Assembly: GCA_000004695.1 (NCBI GenBank)
Contig: CM000152.2
Coordinates: forward strand, 1,312,001 to 1,376,000
Reading direction: 5' to 3'
Source: Dictyostelium discoideum
Taxonomy: Eukaryota
Length of the DNA stretch: 64,000 nucleotides
Positions 14,087 to 26,020 of the stretch are shown piece after piece; positions within the stretch are counted from its first letter, which is position 1, and each line of letters begins with the position of its first letter. Made by a program: the position numbers and the translations under genes. Under the pieces are notes generated by a model that was not told the DNA's origin, searched no databases, and worked only from the letters and a program-made list of their open reading frames with translations.

Positions 14087-14147
14087 TTTTAGTTGATATT
14101 ATTAATAATATAAAAATTAAAGAAAAAATAAAAAGTAAAGATTTCAT
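14087..14147 (-). CDS. Exon 1 (signal peptide MKSLLFIFSLIFILLIISTK) of the secreted G8-like protein
   Basis: ATG at 14147 and a hydrophobic leader, then a GTAAAT donor. An 87-nt AT-rich phase-1 intron ends at the AG at 14001/14000. The junction restores the frame of ORF 11127..14006 as ...ISTK|K|SNGQSLY. Confidence 0.6.
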
Positions 14148-14400
14148 CTTTTAAAAAACTTTTTAAATAAAATTTGGATATTCTGATAATCATTTATTCA
14201 ATTTAAATATTCTGGAATTCAAAACTCAAATCAATTTAAACAATTAAAAATAAAAATTAAGCCATTTTTTTATGGTGTGGGGGAGTGGGTTAAAATCTTA
14301 GGGGGTTTAAAAATATCTATGTTTAACTGATCCCCTACAAAAAAAGTCCCTCCATATCATCCCCTCCCATCCAAATCTATATCTTACTCTAAACTTTTTA

Positions 14401-14457
<57 letters not shown>

Positions 14458-14540
14458 CTGAATTAAAAATTAATTAATTTCTTGGTTTTTTTTTTTTTTT
14501 TTAAAATTTGTTTTAAAAAAAATTAATTTTTAAAAAATTA

Positions 14541-14584
<44 letters not shown>

Positions 14585-14613
14585 CATTTTTTTTTTTTTT
14601 TTTTTATCTTATA

Positions 14614-14619
14614 TTATTA

Positions 14620-14658
<39 letters not shown>

Positions 14659-14695
14659 AGTATTATTGTTATTAGTATTATTATTGTTACTATTA

Positions 14696-14744
<49 letters not shown>

Positions 14745-14750
14745 ACTATA
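14614..14750. repeat. Imperfect (ATT)n microsatellite in the divergent intergenic region
   Basis: Seen directly in the sequence. Confidence 0.9.
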
Positions 14751-15334
14751 GTATTATTAATACTATATTATTATTCTTTAATTTAATTCATTTTTTTGAT
14801 TGATTTTTGCTCAATTTTTTTTATTTTATTTTATCACCAAAAATCTTTTTTTTTTTTTTTAAAAATGAGATAAAAAAAAAATAGATAAAAGAAATTAATT
14901 ATACCTTATAGCATCAAGAAGTCACTTAGTGGAATGATCAAAATTAAAAAAAAAAAAAAATTTGGTTTGGAGAAAAAATTGATCCAAAAAAAAAAAAAAA
15001 AAAAAAAAAAAAATTAAAAAAAATAAATCAAAAATGAAAAAATTTATAAATAAAAAAAAAAAAATGAAAAAATTTAAATCAAAATGAAAAAAAAAAACAA
15101 CGTTTTGTTATTTATTTAATTTTTTTAGATTCTTTTAAAAAAAAATTATATTGGTTATAAAAACTAAATTTAATTAAAAAAACCAAATCTAAATTTTTGC
15201 AGCATACATAATTCGCTAATTATGAAAATTTGGGAAGGGGTTTCGTATATGCAAATTTTTAAGGGTATAAAATGCGATGTTGGGAAGGAGTTCCAAAGTG
15301 ATCTTAGTGGTGGGTGCATAAAAATTTTTATTTT

Positions 15335-15379
<45 letters not shown>

Positions 15380-15400
15380 TATTTTTTGTAAAATACACAA

Positions 15401-15435
<35 letters not shown>

Positions 15436-15522
15436 TATTTTTTTTATTTTTTATTTTTTTCTATAAAATAAAATTTTTTTTTTTTTTTTTTCCCTTATTT
15501 TCAGAAAAGTAAAAAAAATCAA

Positions 15523-15566
<44 letters not shown>

Positions 15567-15588
15567 ATCTATAAAAGTTATCAATAGA

Positions 15589-15634
15589 ATGAAAACTTTC
15601 TTATTGATCTTTTTGTTAATATGTGTCTGCAAAG
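15589..15634 (+). CDS. Receptor-like TKL kinase, exon 1 (signal peptide MKTFLLIFLLICVCK)
   Basis: ATG plus a hydrophobic leader, then a GTAAAT donor at 15635; phase 1. Confidence 0.65.
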
Positions 15635-15763
15635 GTAAATATTTTTTTTACTTTTTTTTTTTTCTCAAATTTTTTCGTTTTTTTTTTTTTTTTTTTTACT
15701 AAACATAATTTAAATAATTTCTAAACTTTTTTTTTTTTTTTTCTTTTAAAAAATTAATTATAG

Positions 15764-15994
15764 GTATAACCAATATTACAACACCATCTATTTATTTTGA
15801 TTTAAAAAAAATTAATAGATTCCAAGATTATTTAAATAATGGAATTACACCAAGTATCAATTTGACTTTTCACGATTTTTATTATCCAGATGTTTGTGTT
15901 AATACAATTAAAAATATTGATGGATCAACAAATTTCGTTAAATCATCATTTTTAAATGCACCAACTAATTTTGCAAATCTTTATATTACAAAAG
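15764..15994 (+). CDS. Receptor-like TKL kinase, exon 2
   Basis: Follows the acceptor ttaattatAG at 15762-63. The frame equals ORF 15862..16044 (TTG start). Ends at the donor AAAG|GTACTT; phase 1. Confidence 0.65.
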
Positions 15995-16092
15995 GTACTT
16001 TTATTTTATTTTTTATTTTTTTTTTTAAAAGTATACATGTATAAAATTTTATTAATTAATTTTTTATTTTTTTTTATTTTTTATTTTTAAAG

Positions 16093-19000
16093 GATCAAAA
16101 ATGACAGTAAAACCAAATCAAATATTAGGAGCATTTATTAATATACTATGTATTGAAGGATCACTTGAAGTTCCAGTAGGTGTTTTTCCATTTTTTATTG
16201 GTGCATTAGTAATATTACCAGGTGGAAATTTTAAGAGTGAAAGTTCATTTAGATTTATGAATTTAGTAAATTCAAAGATTGATCCACTTAATTTTTTCCC
16301 TGGAATATTGACATTGGGTGGATCACTTTCAATTTTAGGACCAAAATCAATTAAATATTCAGCAAATCGTTTAGGTGATTTTCAATTTCAATTATTAGAA
16401 TTAATTGATCCAAATTCATTCAATAGTGATTATAAAGCAAATATTTATAGTGAATCATTTGTCACAGGTCAACAATGTGATTTCGTGTCAATTACTAATG
16501 GTTACACTCTAACAGTTGGTGGTTGTCAAGGAGTACCATCAACTGATGTAAATATTTATATTTTCTTTGCAACTGTTGATTATGATTGCACATTCATTGA
16601 TTCTGATTCAGAGGTACCTGCATCAATCTATATCAGTGGTGATACAAATGTACATATTGAGAATTTCTTTTTAAATTCGTTAGGTAAAACTACCAATGCC
16701 AATTACAACGATACCATATTGATTTTCTCACCAACTGATGACACAAATGTAACTGATATTATCATTGGAACCAATCAAAGATATAGAAATTCATTATTTG
16801 TAGAGTTTTCAAATAATGTCACATTGAGGAATAATTTCATTAGAGAGTCAATTGAGTCTAGATCACCATTGATGTTTTTTGCATCGAGTCCAATCTTGGA
16901 GGGAAATTTAGTTGTTAGTAATTCCGGGTCAAGTGTAATCGCTCAATTTGGTACTGAATTCATTCAATCAACTAATAATAGTTATTTTTTAGAACCACCA
17001 ACTCAACCTGTAATTCCAAATGATAACAATATGGATTATGGTACAGAAGGGAATGGCATCTACTCTCTCTCACCAATAGTTTCATTTACAACTGATGTAT
17101 TTGTCGGTCAATTAATTTCAATCAATTTCAATTTTATTGCAAATAGATCATTAGTAACTGGTTTCAATTATGATTGTTTTGCACCATGTTATCCAGGTTC
17201 ACCAATCATATCAAATCTAGTTCAACATTCTGTTGATTTTAATATTATTAAACCAACATTTTCATATTCTCATGGTAACACTACCAGCAGCACCACCACC
17301 AGCAGCACCACCACCAATACCAATTCTCATTTTCTTTTAAATGTTAATGATAATGGTAATGAACCAAGTTCATATTATTCATTCAATCAATTATCAATAG
17401 CAAGTGAAGCAATTAAAGTAAATTTACCAATTGGTACATTGGGTATTGGTAATTTATTTGCAACAAATAATTTTAAAATTGATGGTGCACTTGAAAGATT
17501 AGATATTTTAAATTCAATATTTAATTTACCACCACCAATTTCAAATAATTTCTCACAAAGTGGTATTTTATTATCAACAACAACTTCAATGTTAAATTCA
17601 TATGTTTTCGTTTCAATTGGTTCAGAACCAACAAGAATTGAATCTCAAATTTATGGATCAACAATTACACCTTATTATTATAATAATATTGAAACACTTG
17701 ATCTATTTCAAATTCAATCAATTTTTCCATCTGTACAATATCAAATTATTAAAAATTCAACCATTAATATAACTATTAATATCACCACCACCACCACCAC
17801 CACCACCACACCCACCACCAACAATGTAGTTTGTTCATTTACATCAATTGTGAATCAACAATCATCAGTAACAAATGAAATTTCAATCAATGAAACTTTA
17901 ATTCAAATGGATCCAATCCTTAACAATTGTGTTTTTCCTTTATCAATTGATCAAGAAGGTTCTTTAAAATTACGTGTAACTATAAAAAATCAAAATTCAA
18001 CTTTAGAAAATCAATATTATTATATAATTGATTTCCCTGAAATTACAATTTTTCAAAGTTTTCAATTTTATACTGGTATAAAATTTATTGATGTTCAATC
18101 ATCCTCCTCTTCATCACAACAAACTTCTTCTTTTTCACCTACAACTACAACATTTCTAAATTTATTATCAACAACAGAAAATTCAAATGGGTTTCTAAAT
18201 GGTTGTCAAATTAGTAATCAATGTACATTATCAAATAATGTTAAATATGTTTCATCATTACCAAATGTAACCAATTCACCAGATTTTCAATTATTTCAAA
18301 GTGGTATAACTCCAATAATACCATATGATCCAGTGGTTATAAATTTAGGAATTGAAAAAAATAAAACATTTCAATTTCAATTATTTTTTACCTTTTATCA
18401 ACCAATCGATCAATATTCAAGTCCATTATCAATCTTTATTCAAAGTGAACCATATTTGTTATTGGATCCTTTAATTGATGCACCAAACTTTAAAAATTTC
18501 ACATTTTTCTATGATAATCTTAATCAAGATTCAATTGAAATTTCATTTATCTCAAGAGGTGATATTTATTTAACTTCAATGGCTATTTATTCTTTAGATC
18601 TTGTATCATATGAAAGTAGTGATAGTAGTAGTAGTAGTAGTAATAGTAGTAGTAGTACTGGCAATGGTATTGGTGATATTGTAAATAATGAGGATAATCA
18701 TAAAAAATTAGTAATTGCATTATCAGTTTCAATTCCAGTTGCAGCATTATTAGTAATTTTATGTTTTGGTATTTTCATTTGTTACAATAATAATAAAAAG
18801 AATAAAAATGAAACCAAAGGAAAAGATATTGAAACTAATACTGATAAAAAAGATGATGAAAATGAAAATGAAAATTGTAAATTTCAATTCAAAGATGAAT
18901 TTTTAACAAATCCAAATGAAATTAATATTCAATTAAAAAAATTAATGATTAATAAATCATCAACATTACCACCACAATCAACAATTTCAATTGATACATC

Positions 19001-19579
19001 ACCATCATCTGAAAATACTACTTTCACTGAATCATTAACACCAAAGAAATCTGCAACTGTTAATGGTGAAATTGATTTTAGTAGAAATAGTACAAATGAA
19101 AGTACTGTTTCTAATTCTTCTTCTGAAAATAATAGTGATAATAACAACAATAATAATAATAAATGTAAAAAAGAAAAACTATCATCATTCCCAACAATAC
19201 CAGGTACAAATCTTACAAATATTCCATTAAATTTAGTTGGTAGAAAATCAAGAAATCCAGAAGATAAATATAGAACCAATAATGATATTTTAGTTTGTCT
19301 TCAAGAATCTCATTATTTTAAACCTGATGATCCATCAATACCAATAGAATTTAGTGAATCAGTTTTAGATTTTGGTAGAGGTTCAAAATGTTTAATCGAT
19401 GAAACTTACATTTATACAATCTCTGTTAAAAATAAATCAACTACTGATTATAATATTTTATTAATTTTACCTATTGATAATAATACTGGTACAATTTCAA
19501 CTGATACCCAATATTTTCAAATTAATGCTGGTGAAAGTAAACCAATTAGTTTTTCAATTAGTTTAAATTGTACAACAAA

Positions 19580-19580
<1 letters not shown>
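16093..19580 (+). CDS. Receptor-like TKL kinase, exon 3: G8-like/beta-helix ectodomain, Thr-rich linkers, TM helix and juxtamembrane region
   Basis: Acceptor tttttaaAG at 16091-92. The ectodomain is paralogous to the minus-strand secreted gene (KPNQILGAFINILCIEGSLEVPVG ~ KGRLILNPTFNSKLVCQKVIIFPGG; DPLNFFPGILTLGGSLSILG ~ DPLKTSSFISLGGSVTLRG). The TM is LVIALSVSIPVAALLVILCFGIFICY. The exon ends at ACAACAAAG|GTAAAT. Confidence 0.8.
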
Positions 19581-19616
<36 letters not shown>

Positions 19617-19645
19617 TTATTATTTATTTAAATTTTTACTAACAT

Positions 19646-19677
<32 letters not shown>

Positions 19678-19685
19678 ATTATTAG

Positions 19686-20654
19686 TATTTTGAAAAAATT
19701 GGAGTTTCAATTGAAGAATTAAATTATCATACATTTATTTGTGTACATATGGAATCAGAATTATCAACAAGATTAGATTTTTCAGAATTAGATTTTGATG
19801 AAATTTGTGGTCAAGGTACTTATGGAATGGTTTATAAAGGAAAATGGAGATCACAAGTTGTAGCAATTAAAATGATGAGAGTTGGCACTGTAAATTGTGA
19901 TGAAGTTTATAGAGAAATGGATATTATGGGTAAAATTCGTCATCAAAATGTTATCTCTTTTATTGGTTGTGTTGTATCATTAGAGCATCTTTGTATAGTT
20001 ACAGAGTTTTCACCAATTGGTTCATTGGGTGATTTAATTCATGGTGATAATAATCAAAAGAAATCCAACACCAACACCATCACCAACACCATCACCAACA
20101 CTAACACCAACACCAACACCAGTACTAGTACCAGTACCAAGCTAACTGTAAAACAAAAACTTAGAATTGCAATTGATATTGCTCGTGGTTGTCAATTCCT
20201 TCATCAGTGTGGTATTATTCATCGTGATTTGAAACCCGATAATGTATTAGTATTCGATATCAATCATAATGCTCCAGTTTGTGCAAAGATCTCTGATTTT
20301 GGAACTTCAAAGGAAACTAATGAATTCAGTAACAAGAATACCAATTGTGTTGGAACACCAATCTATATGAGTAATGAAATCTTGGAGAAAAAGACCTACG
20401 ATAATTCTACCGATGTTTACTCATTCGCTGTACTTTTCTATGAAATGATGATTGAAGAAGTACCTTTCTCTGAAATCGATGAAAAATGGGAAATACCAAG
20501 TAAAGTTATAAGTGGTTGGAGACCTACTAAAGGTTTAAATTCTTTAGATAGAGATATTAAAAACTTAATTAATATATGTTGGGCTCCTCATTCATTACCA
20601 TCTTTTGATGAAATCGTTTTCTCTCTTGTAAAAATATTTAAAAGATTTAATTAA
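19686..20654 (+). CDS. Receptor-like TKL kinase, exon 4: protein kinase catalytic domain
   Basis: A 105-nt intron (GTAAAT...(AT)n...TACTAAC...ttattattAG) separates this exon from exon 3. Exon 4 is in the same frame as ORF 19749..20654. Kinase motifs are GQGTYG, VAIK, HRDLKPDN and DFG. Confidence 0.8.
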   Translation, partial: YFEKIGVSIEELNYHTFICVHMESELSTRLDFSELDFDEICGQGTYGMVYKGKWRSQVVAIKMMRVGTVNCDEVYREMDIMGKIRHQNVISFIGCVVSLEHLCIVTEFSPIGSLGDLIHGDNNQKKSNTNTITNTITNTNTNTNTSTSTSTKLTVKQKLRIAIDIARGCQFLHQCGIIHRDLKPDNVLVFDINHNAPVCAKISDFGTSKETNEFSNKNTNCVGTPIYMSNEILEKKTYDNSTDVYSFAVLFYEMMIEEVPFSEIDEKWEIPSKVISGWRPTKGLNSLDRDIKNLINICWAPHSLPSFDEIVFSLVKIFKRFN

Positions 20655-20658
20655 GATT

Positions 20659-20703
<45 letters not shown>

Positions 20704-20893
20704 ATAATAATAATAATAATAATATATATATATATTTATTTAATATTGTAAAATTGTAAATTATAGTAATAACAAAAATTTAAAAAAAAAAACTCTTTGA
20801 GTTAAATTTAATATCAATAAATTGAATTCCAATAATTTATTTTGTATTTATTATTTTTCTTTTTCAGAACTCAATTGTTTTGATTTCTTTTTT

Positions 20894-20928
<35 letters not shown>

Positions 20929-21144
20929 CATTAGATTTTATTAATAGATATCGTTAAGGAGTATATACTTTTTTTGCAATTTTTTTAATAAAATTAGGAT
21001 TTGTTATTGTTGCAACAATTCACATAAATATGTGGTTATAATATAAATTAAAATATAAATTTAATTATTTAAAAATAATAAAGATAATAAAATAATAAAA
21101 TAATATAATAATAAAAAAATAAAAAAACATAAAAATCAGCCACC

Positions 21145-21152
21145 ACCCACAA
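21145..21152 (+). promoter_or_regulatory. Match to the Dictyostelium ncRNA upstream sequence element (DUSE, [A/T]CCCA[C/T]AA): ACCCACAA
   Basis: An exact consensus match in an AT-rich intergenic region. About 60-70 nt downstream sits a GC-richer stretch, tgtgcacatatacatatagatttgctcggcaacgattgggctgaaattttt, which ends in a T-run. Confidence 0.35.
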
Positions 21153-21170
21153 ATTAAACAAATAATTAAA

Positions 21171-21205
<35 letters not shown>

Positions 21206-21358
21206 AAATAATTTGTTGTAAATGTGCACATATACATATAGATTTGCTCGGCAACGATTGGGCTGAAATTTTTATGTAATTTTTTTAATTAAAAATCGAA
21301 ATTTGTATTTTTTGTTTTTCCTTTTTTGTATTATTTTAATTGTAAATTTCTATTTATT

Positions 21359-21418
<60 letters not shown>

Positions 21419-21527
21419 TAATAGAATTTTTTCTATTTATAAATTAAAATTTTTTTAATTTTATTTTTTTTACTTGGCTTTATTTTATTTATTTTCCTTT
21501 TAAAATTTTTTTTCCAAATATTTTGAA

Positions 21528-21770
<243 letters not shown>

Positions 21771-21839
21771 TAATAAAAATAAAAAAAATAATAATTTTAA
21801 ATTATATAAAATGTGAGATTTATTATTAATATCTTTATT

Positions 21840-21870
<31 letters not shown>

Positions 21871-21894
21871 ATTAATTCCAAAAAAAAAAAAAAG

Positions 21895-22387
21895 ATATCA
21901 TAAAGTTATTTCAGATTATGGAGATATAGTTTATTTTAATTTTTGTAATACAACAATTGATACACCATGTGGTAATTCTGCCCTTGCATATTTTTTTGAT
22001 GGCTCAACTGGTGAATGTCATTCTTTGGGAGTTCAAGAATTTTATTCATTAAATTCATATGAAGAAAAAAAGACTTTACTTATTAATATTAGAGGTGGTG
22101 ATATTGCATATGATTCTATGGTTAAAATGCTTGAAATGTTTATAGCTTTTACTTGTGATGAATCAGATGATACAAGTGAACCATCATTAATAAACACAAT
22201 GGAATATGGTTATGCTTCAGTAATTTGGACAACTAAATATTCATGTGCAATTAAAACTCCAAATGTTGAAAAAAAATTAATAACAAATGAAAATCAAAAT
22301 AATAATAATTTTCAATTTGAAAATAATGAAATTTTAAATGAAGCTCAATCAAATGCATTTGAAATTTCAAATAAAAATGAAGATTTA

Positions 22388-22466
<79 letters not shown>

Positions 22467-22891
22467 TTAATAGTGGTATTTCATTTTTACAAAGATTAAA
22501 TCAAATGTCACAAACAATTAATAATAGAAATGAATATCAACAATTTGAGGAACAACAAAATGAAATGCAAGAAAATAGAGCTGAAATTGTTCAATTTAAT
22601 GATGATATTAAACTAATCGATTTGGAACAAAAACAACCATTTTACAATGATGACCAATTAATGAGTCAAACAAATGATGATATAGAATTTGAACAAGATC
22701 AAACCAATTTTGACACTGTTAATGATGATGAAATAGCTAATCAAATTAATGATTTTATGAATAATTTTGAAAAAACTCAAAATCTTGATGGTGATTATAT
22801 TAATCAAGAGAAAATTATTCCAAATATTATAATGGAAGATACTAAACCAAATGATTTAACTCAAAATTTTGAAATAGAAAATGAATTCTAA
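21895..22891 (+). CDS. MRH-domain lectin (OS-9/GNPTG-like), exon 2
   Basis: After the only in-phase AG, at 21893-94, the sequence reads YGDIVYFNFCNTTIDTPCGNSALAYFFDGSTGECHSLG...LLINIRGGD...FIAFTCDES...CAIK. That is the MRH cysteine/Y..G.R pattern. The C-terminal acidic tail is Q/N/D/E-rich and contains poly-N. Confidence 0.65.
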
Positions 22892-23144
22892 TAAAAAATT
22901 AATAATAATAACGCTAAAATATAGTTAATAAATCCAATTTTATAATATAAAATAAAAAATACATTTCTTTTAAAGAATTAATTATTATATAATTTTAGTT
23001 TGAATGGATTTTTTAATTAATTTTTATTATTATTATTATTATTATCTTTATTTTTTGTACTTTATTAATTTTATTTTTTTTTTTTTTTTTAAATTATTAT
23101 TATTACCACTAATTTAATGGAAATAGTTGTAATACCATGTTACC

Positions 23145-23785
23145 CTATGGGAATAATTGTAATAACAAATCTGATAAGGAAATCACTCCAATGGGTTTCA
23201 TTGTTTCTATGTTATCAACAATGAAAAGACGATGAATTGAGTTTGTGTAGATTTTAGTTAAAACTGCTTCAAAAGTGTCACCATCCATACAAAATACTGG
23301 ATTTCTTGGTCTAACGGTAATTTGATCATTTTTGATAAAACCCAAGAATTCTTCGACAGGTTTGTAGAGTTTCCAGAAGAAACTACCATCTGTGGCGATT
23401 GCTTTGAGATCACGAACTGAAAGGGTATCAATTAATTCTCCTTTGTCATTTAAAACGGCAACACCATTAATATCCTTTTCTTCTAATATCTTGAAAGCTT
23501 CAATTGCCAAAATTGAGGATTTAACTGTAACAACGCTACCCATTTGGATACCACTCATATTCTTTACAATTAAATCTTTTTTGCTACCCAATAATGACAT
23601 ATTGTCATAAACATATTTAACCAATTGGCTTTGAGTTAAAATTGATACTAAATGTCTATTGGCCATGTTATCAAGAATTGGAATTCTATGAACATTTGGA
23701 TCACGAGCAAAAATTTCAAAAGCACTAAACAATGAATAATTTTGAGTAATTGGACTGAATCTATTATCCTTTGTATGTGGATATC
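23145..23785 (-). CDS. prkag: AMP-activated protein kinase gamma subunit, exon 3 (CBS2 C-terminal part, CBS3, CBS4)
   Basis: ...VHRIPILD...IHRLFIVDNIETMKPIGVISLSDLLLQLF aligns with AMPK-gamma CBS3-4. The acceptor aattAG is at 23787-86; phase 1. Confidence 0.85.
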
Positions 23786-23914
23786 CTAATTTTATTAAAA
23801 AAAAAAAAGAAAAAAAAAAGAAGAAAAAAAAAGAAAAAAAAATATTTATATTATTAATAATTTAATAATATATAAATAAACATTTAAATATTTAAATAAA
23901 TAAAAAATACTTAC

Positions 23915-24070
23915 TCATTACATCATTGACAGTTAGGGTTTTGAATTTTTCTTCTTCTTCTGATAATTTCCAGAAATCTTGTTCAATTGACATTTTCTCA
24001 CTTCCAAAATGATGGGTAACATATCTTACGATATCTAATAAATCAATAAAACCATACCATCTTTTTTTAT
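23915..24070 (-). CDS. prkag: AMPK gamma, exon 2
   Basis: DKKRWYGFIDLLDIVRYVTHHFG...TLTVNDVM flanked by an AG acceptor (24072-71) and a GTAAGT donor (23914-09). It aligns with human PRKAG1 DSKKQSFVGMLTITDFINIL. Confidence 0.8.
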
Positions 24071-24074
24071 CTAA

Positions 24075-24126
<52 letters not shown>

Positions 24127-24194
24127 AAAAAAAAAATATAAAAAAAAAATTAATACATTAATTTATATATATTTAAAAAAATTATTTTACTAAC

Positions 24195-24477
24195 CTGTTT
24201 GTTGGAAAACTGGAACTGATAAAAATCCTCTTTCAGTTAAACCTTTGAAAACTTTTGTAAGATTATCATTACGTTCACAAGAGAAAATAACTTCATCTCT
24301 GGTTTTGATTGACATGGCACGAGAATTAACTAATTTCAATAACAATTGGCTTCCATCAAATGGAATTGAAGAATTGGATGTTGAATCCATTGTTTTGACA
24401 TCTGACACCTCGGTTAACTTTTGTTGTTTCTTTGAGTCATTCTCTGTTGCTAAATTGGCTTTTCTTTTTGATTCCAT
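24195..24477 (-). CDS. prkag: AMPK gamma, exon 1 (N-terminus plus CBS1)
   Basis: ATG at 24477. ...RDEVIFSCERNDNLTKVFKGLTERGFLSVPVFQQT precedes the donor CAG|GTTAGT; phase 1. Confidence 0.8.
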
Positions 24478-24519
24478 TTTTAATTTGATTTTTTTGGTTA
24501 GAGTAGAAAAAAAGAAGAG

Positions 24520-24550
<31 letters not shown>

Positions 24551-24978
24551 TTTATAAAAAATAAAAAACTTTAAGTTTTAGAAAAAAAAAAATTAATAGA
24601 TTAAAAAAATAAAAAAATAAAATAAAAAAAAAATATATATGTGAAAAGATTAATTTAAATTAAAAAAATTTTATTTTAAAATAATATTTACTAAAAAAAA
24701 AAAAAAAAAAAAAAATGTTTATATAGATTTACAAGGAAATTTGAATTTTTTAATAAATGAATCAAATTAATAGAATAAAAAAAAAAAAAAAATGAAAACA
24801 ATATTATTTCAAAAAATAAAAAAATAATAATAATTTTACAAATTTGGGAATTAAATAAAAAAAAATTCAAAAATAATATTTTAATAAATTATTTTGGATT
24901 TTGTAAAAAAAAAATAATAGTAATAAAAATAAAATAAAATAAAATTAAATAAATTTGGTCTCATTGTATCTGTTTAGT

Positions 24979-25017
<39 letters not shown>

Positions 25018-25375
25018 TAAAAAATTTTATTTTTGTAGAATACAAATTTTTATAGTGTGTTTGGATATCCTTCATTTGATTTAATTTTATTTTATTTTTT
25101 AATAGTATGTATTAATATTTACACAAAAAAAAAAAAATAAAAAATAAAAAATAAAAAAAAAATAATAATTAATTTAAAAATTATTTTCAATTTCAAATTT
25201 ATTTTTTATTTTTTTTTATTTTTTTTTTTTTATTTTATTTTTTATTTTATTTTTTATTTTATTTTTATTTTATTTTTTTTATTTTTTTTTTAAAAAACAC
25301 AAACCTCGCATAAACACAAGAATTTAAGTTCATTAAGAGATCTCAATATAATTGTATAATAATTGCTTTACTAAA

Positions 25376-25713
25376 ATGGAACAACCAAATGATGTCACAA
25401 AAGAAAATAATGATAATACTTCTGAATCAAATGAAACAACAATAAATATACCACCAACAAACAATATCACCACCACCACTACTACCACTACAAATACGAA
25501 TATCAATACAAATACAAATAAAAATACAAATACAAATACAGATGATAGCAAAACTACAACCAACGAAGAAAATGAAGATGATTCATCTTATGAATATATA
25601 CAGGGACAAAGAATTTGTATAATTATTGACTCTGACGAAAGCACAAATAGAGCACTCAACAAAGCATTAGAAACTTTTGATAAAGAAAAAGACGAACTTT
25701 ATCTTTTAGCTGT
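25376..25713 (+). CDS. Universal stress protein (USP/adenine-nucleotide alpha-hydrolase-like), exon 1
   Basis: First ATG at 25376; the track start at 25352 is a TTG. After a T/N-rich N-terminus comes RICIIIDSDESTNRALNKALETFDKEKDELYLLAV, a USP N-terminal strand-helix. The donor is GTATGT. Confidence 0.55.
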
Positions 25714-25854
25714 GTATGTATTCAATTATTTTTTTTTTTCTTTTCCCAAAGTTAATAAATAAAAAAATAAAAAAAATAAAAAAAAGAAATATTATATTAA
25801 TTCATAATTCAATTAAAAAATAATAATAATAATAATAATAATTATTAAATATAG

Positions 25855-25942
25855 AACAAGTTCTTTAGATTATTTAAATGATGAAAAAAATGATGCAAAA
25901 TTAACTTTATATAAATATGAACATTATTTTGATTCTATTGGT
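25855..25942 (+). CDS. USP-like, exon 2
   Basis: TSSLDYLNDEKNDAKLTLYKYEHYFDSIG lies between the acceptor at 25853-54 and the GTAAGT donor at 25943. Only one frame is open and it matches the phase-2 exon 1. Confidence 0.5.
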
Positions 25943-26020
25943 GTAAGTTATTATTAAAAAAATAAAAAAAAAAATAAAAATAAATAAATAAATAAATCTA
26001 ATGTTTTGTTTAAAAAAAAG

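Noticed and set aside
24245-24574. Plus-strand ORF antisense to AMPK gamma exon 1
   Set aside because: It overlaps a well-conserved minus-strand exon, ends in poly-Lys from a poly(A) tract, and has no conservation. It is an artefact.
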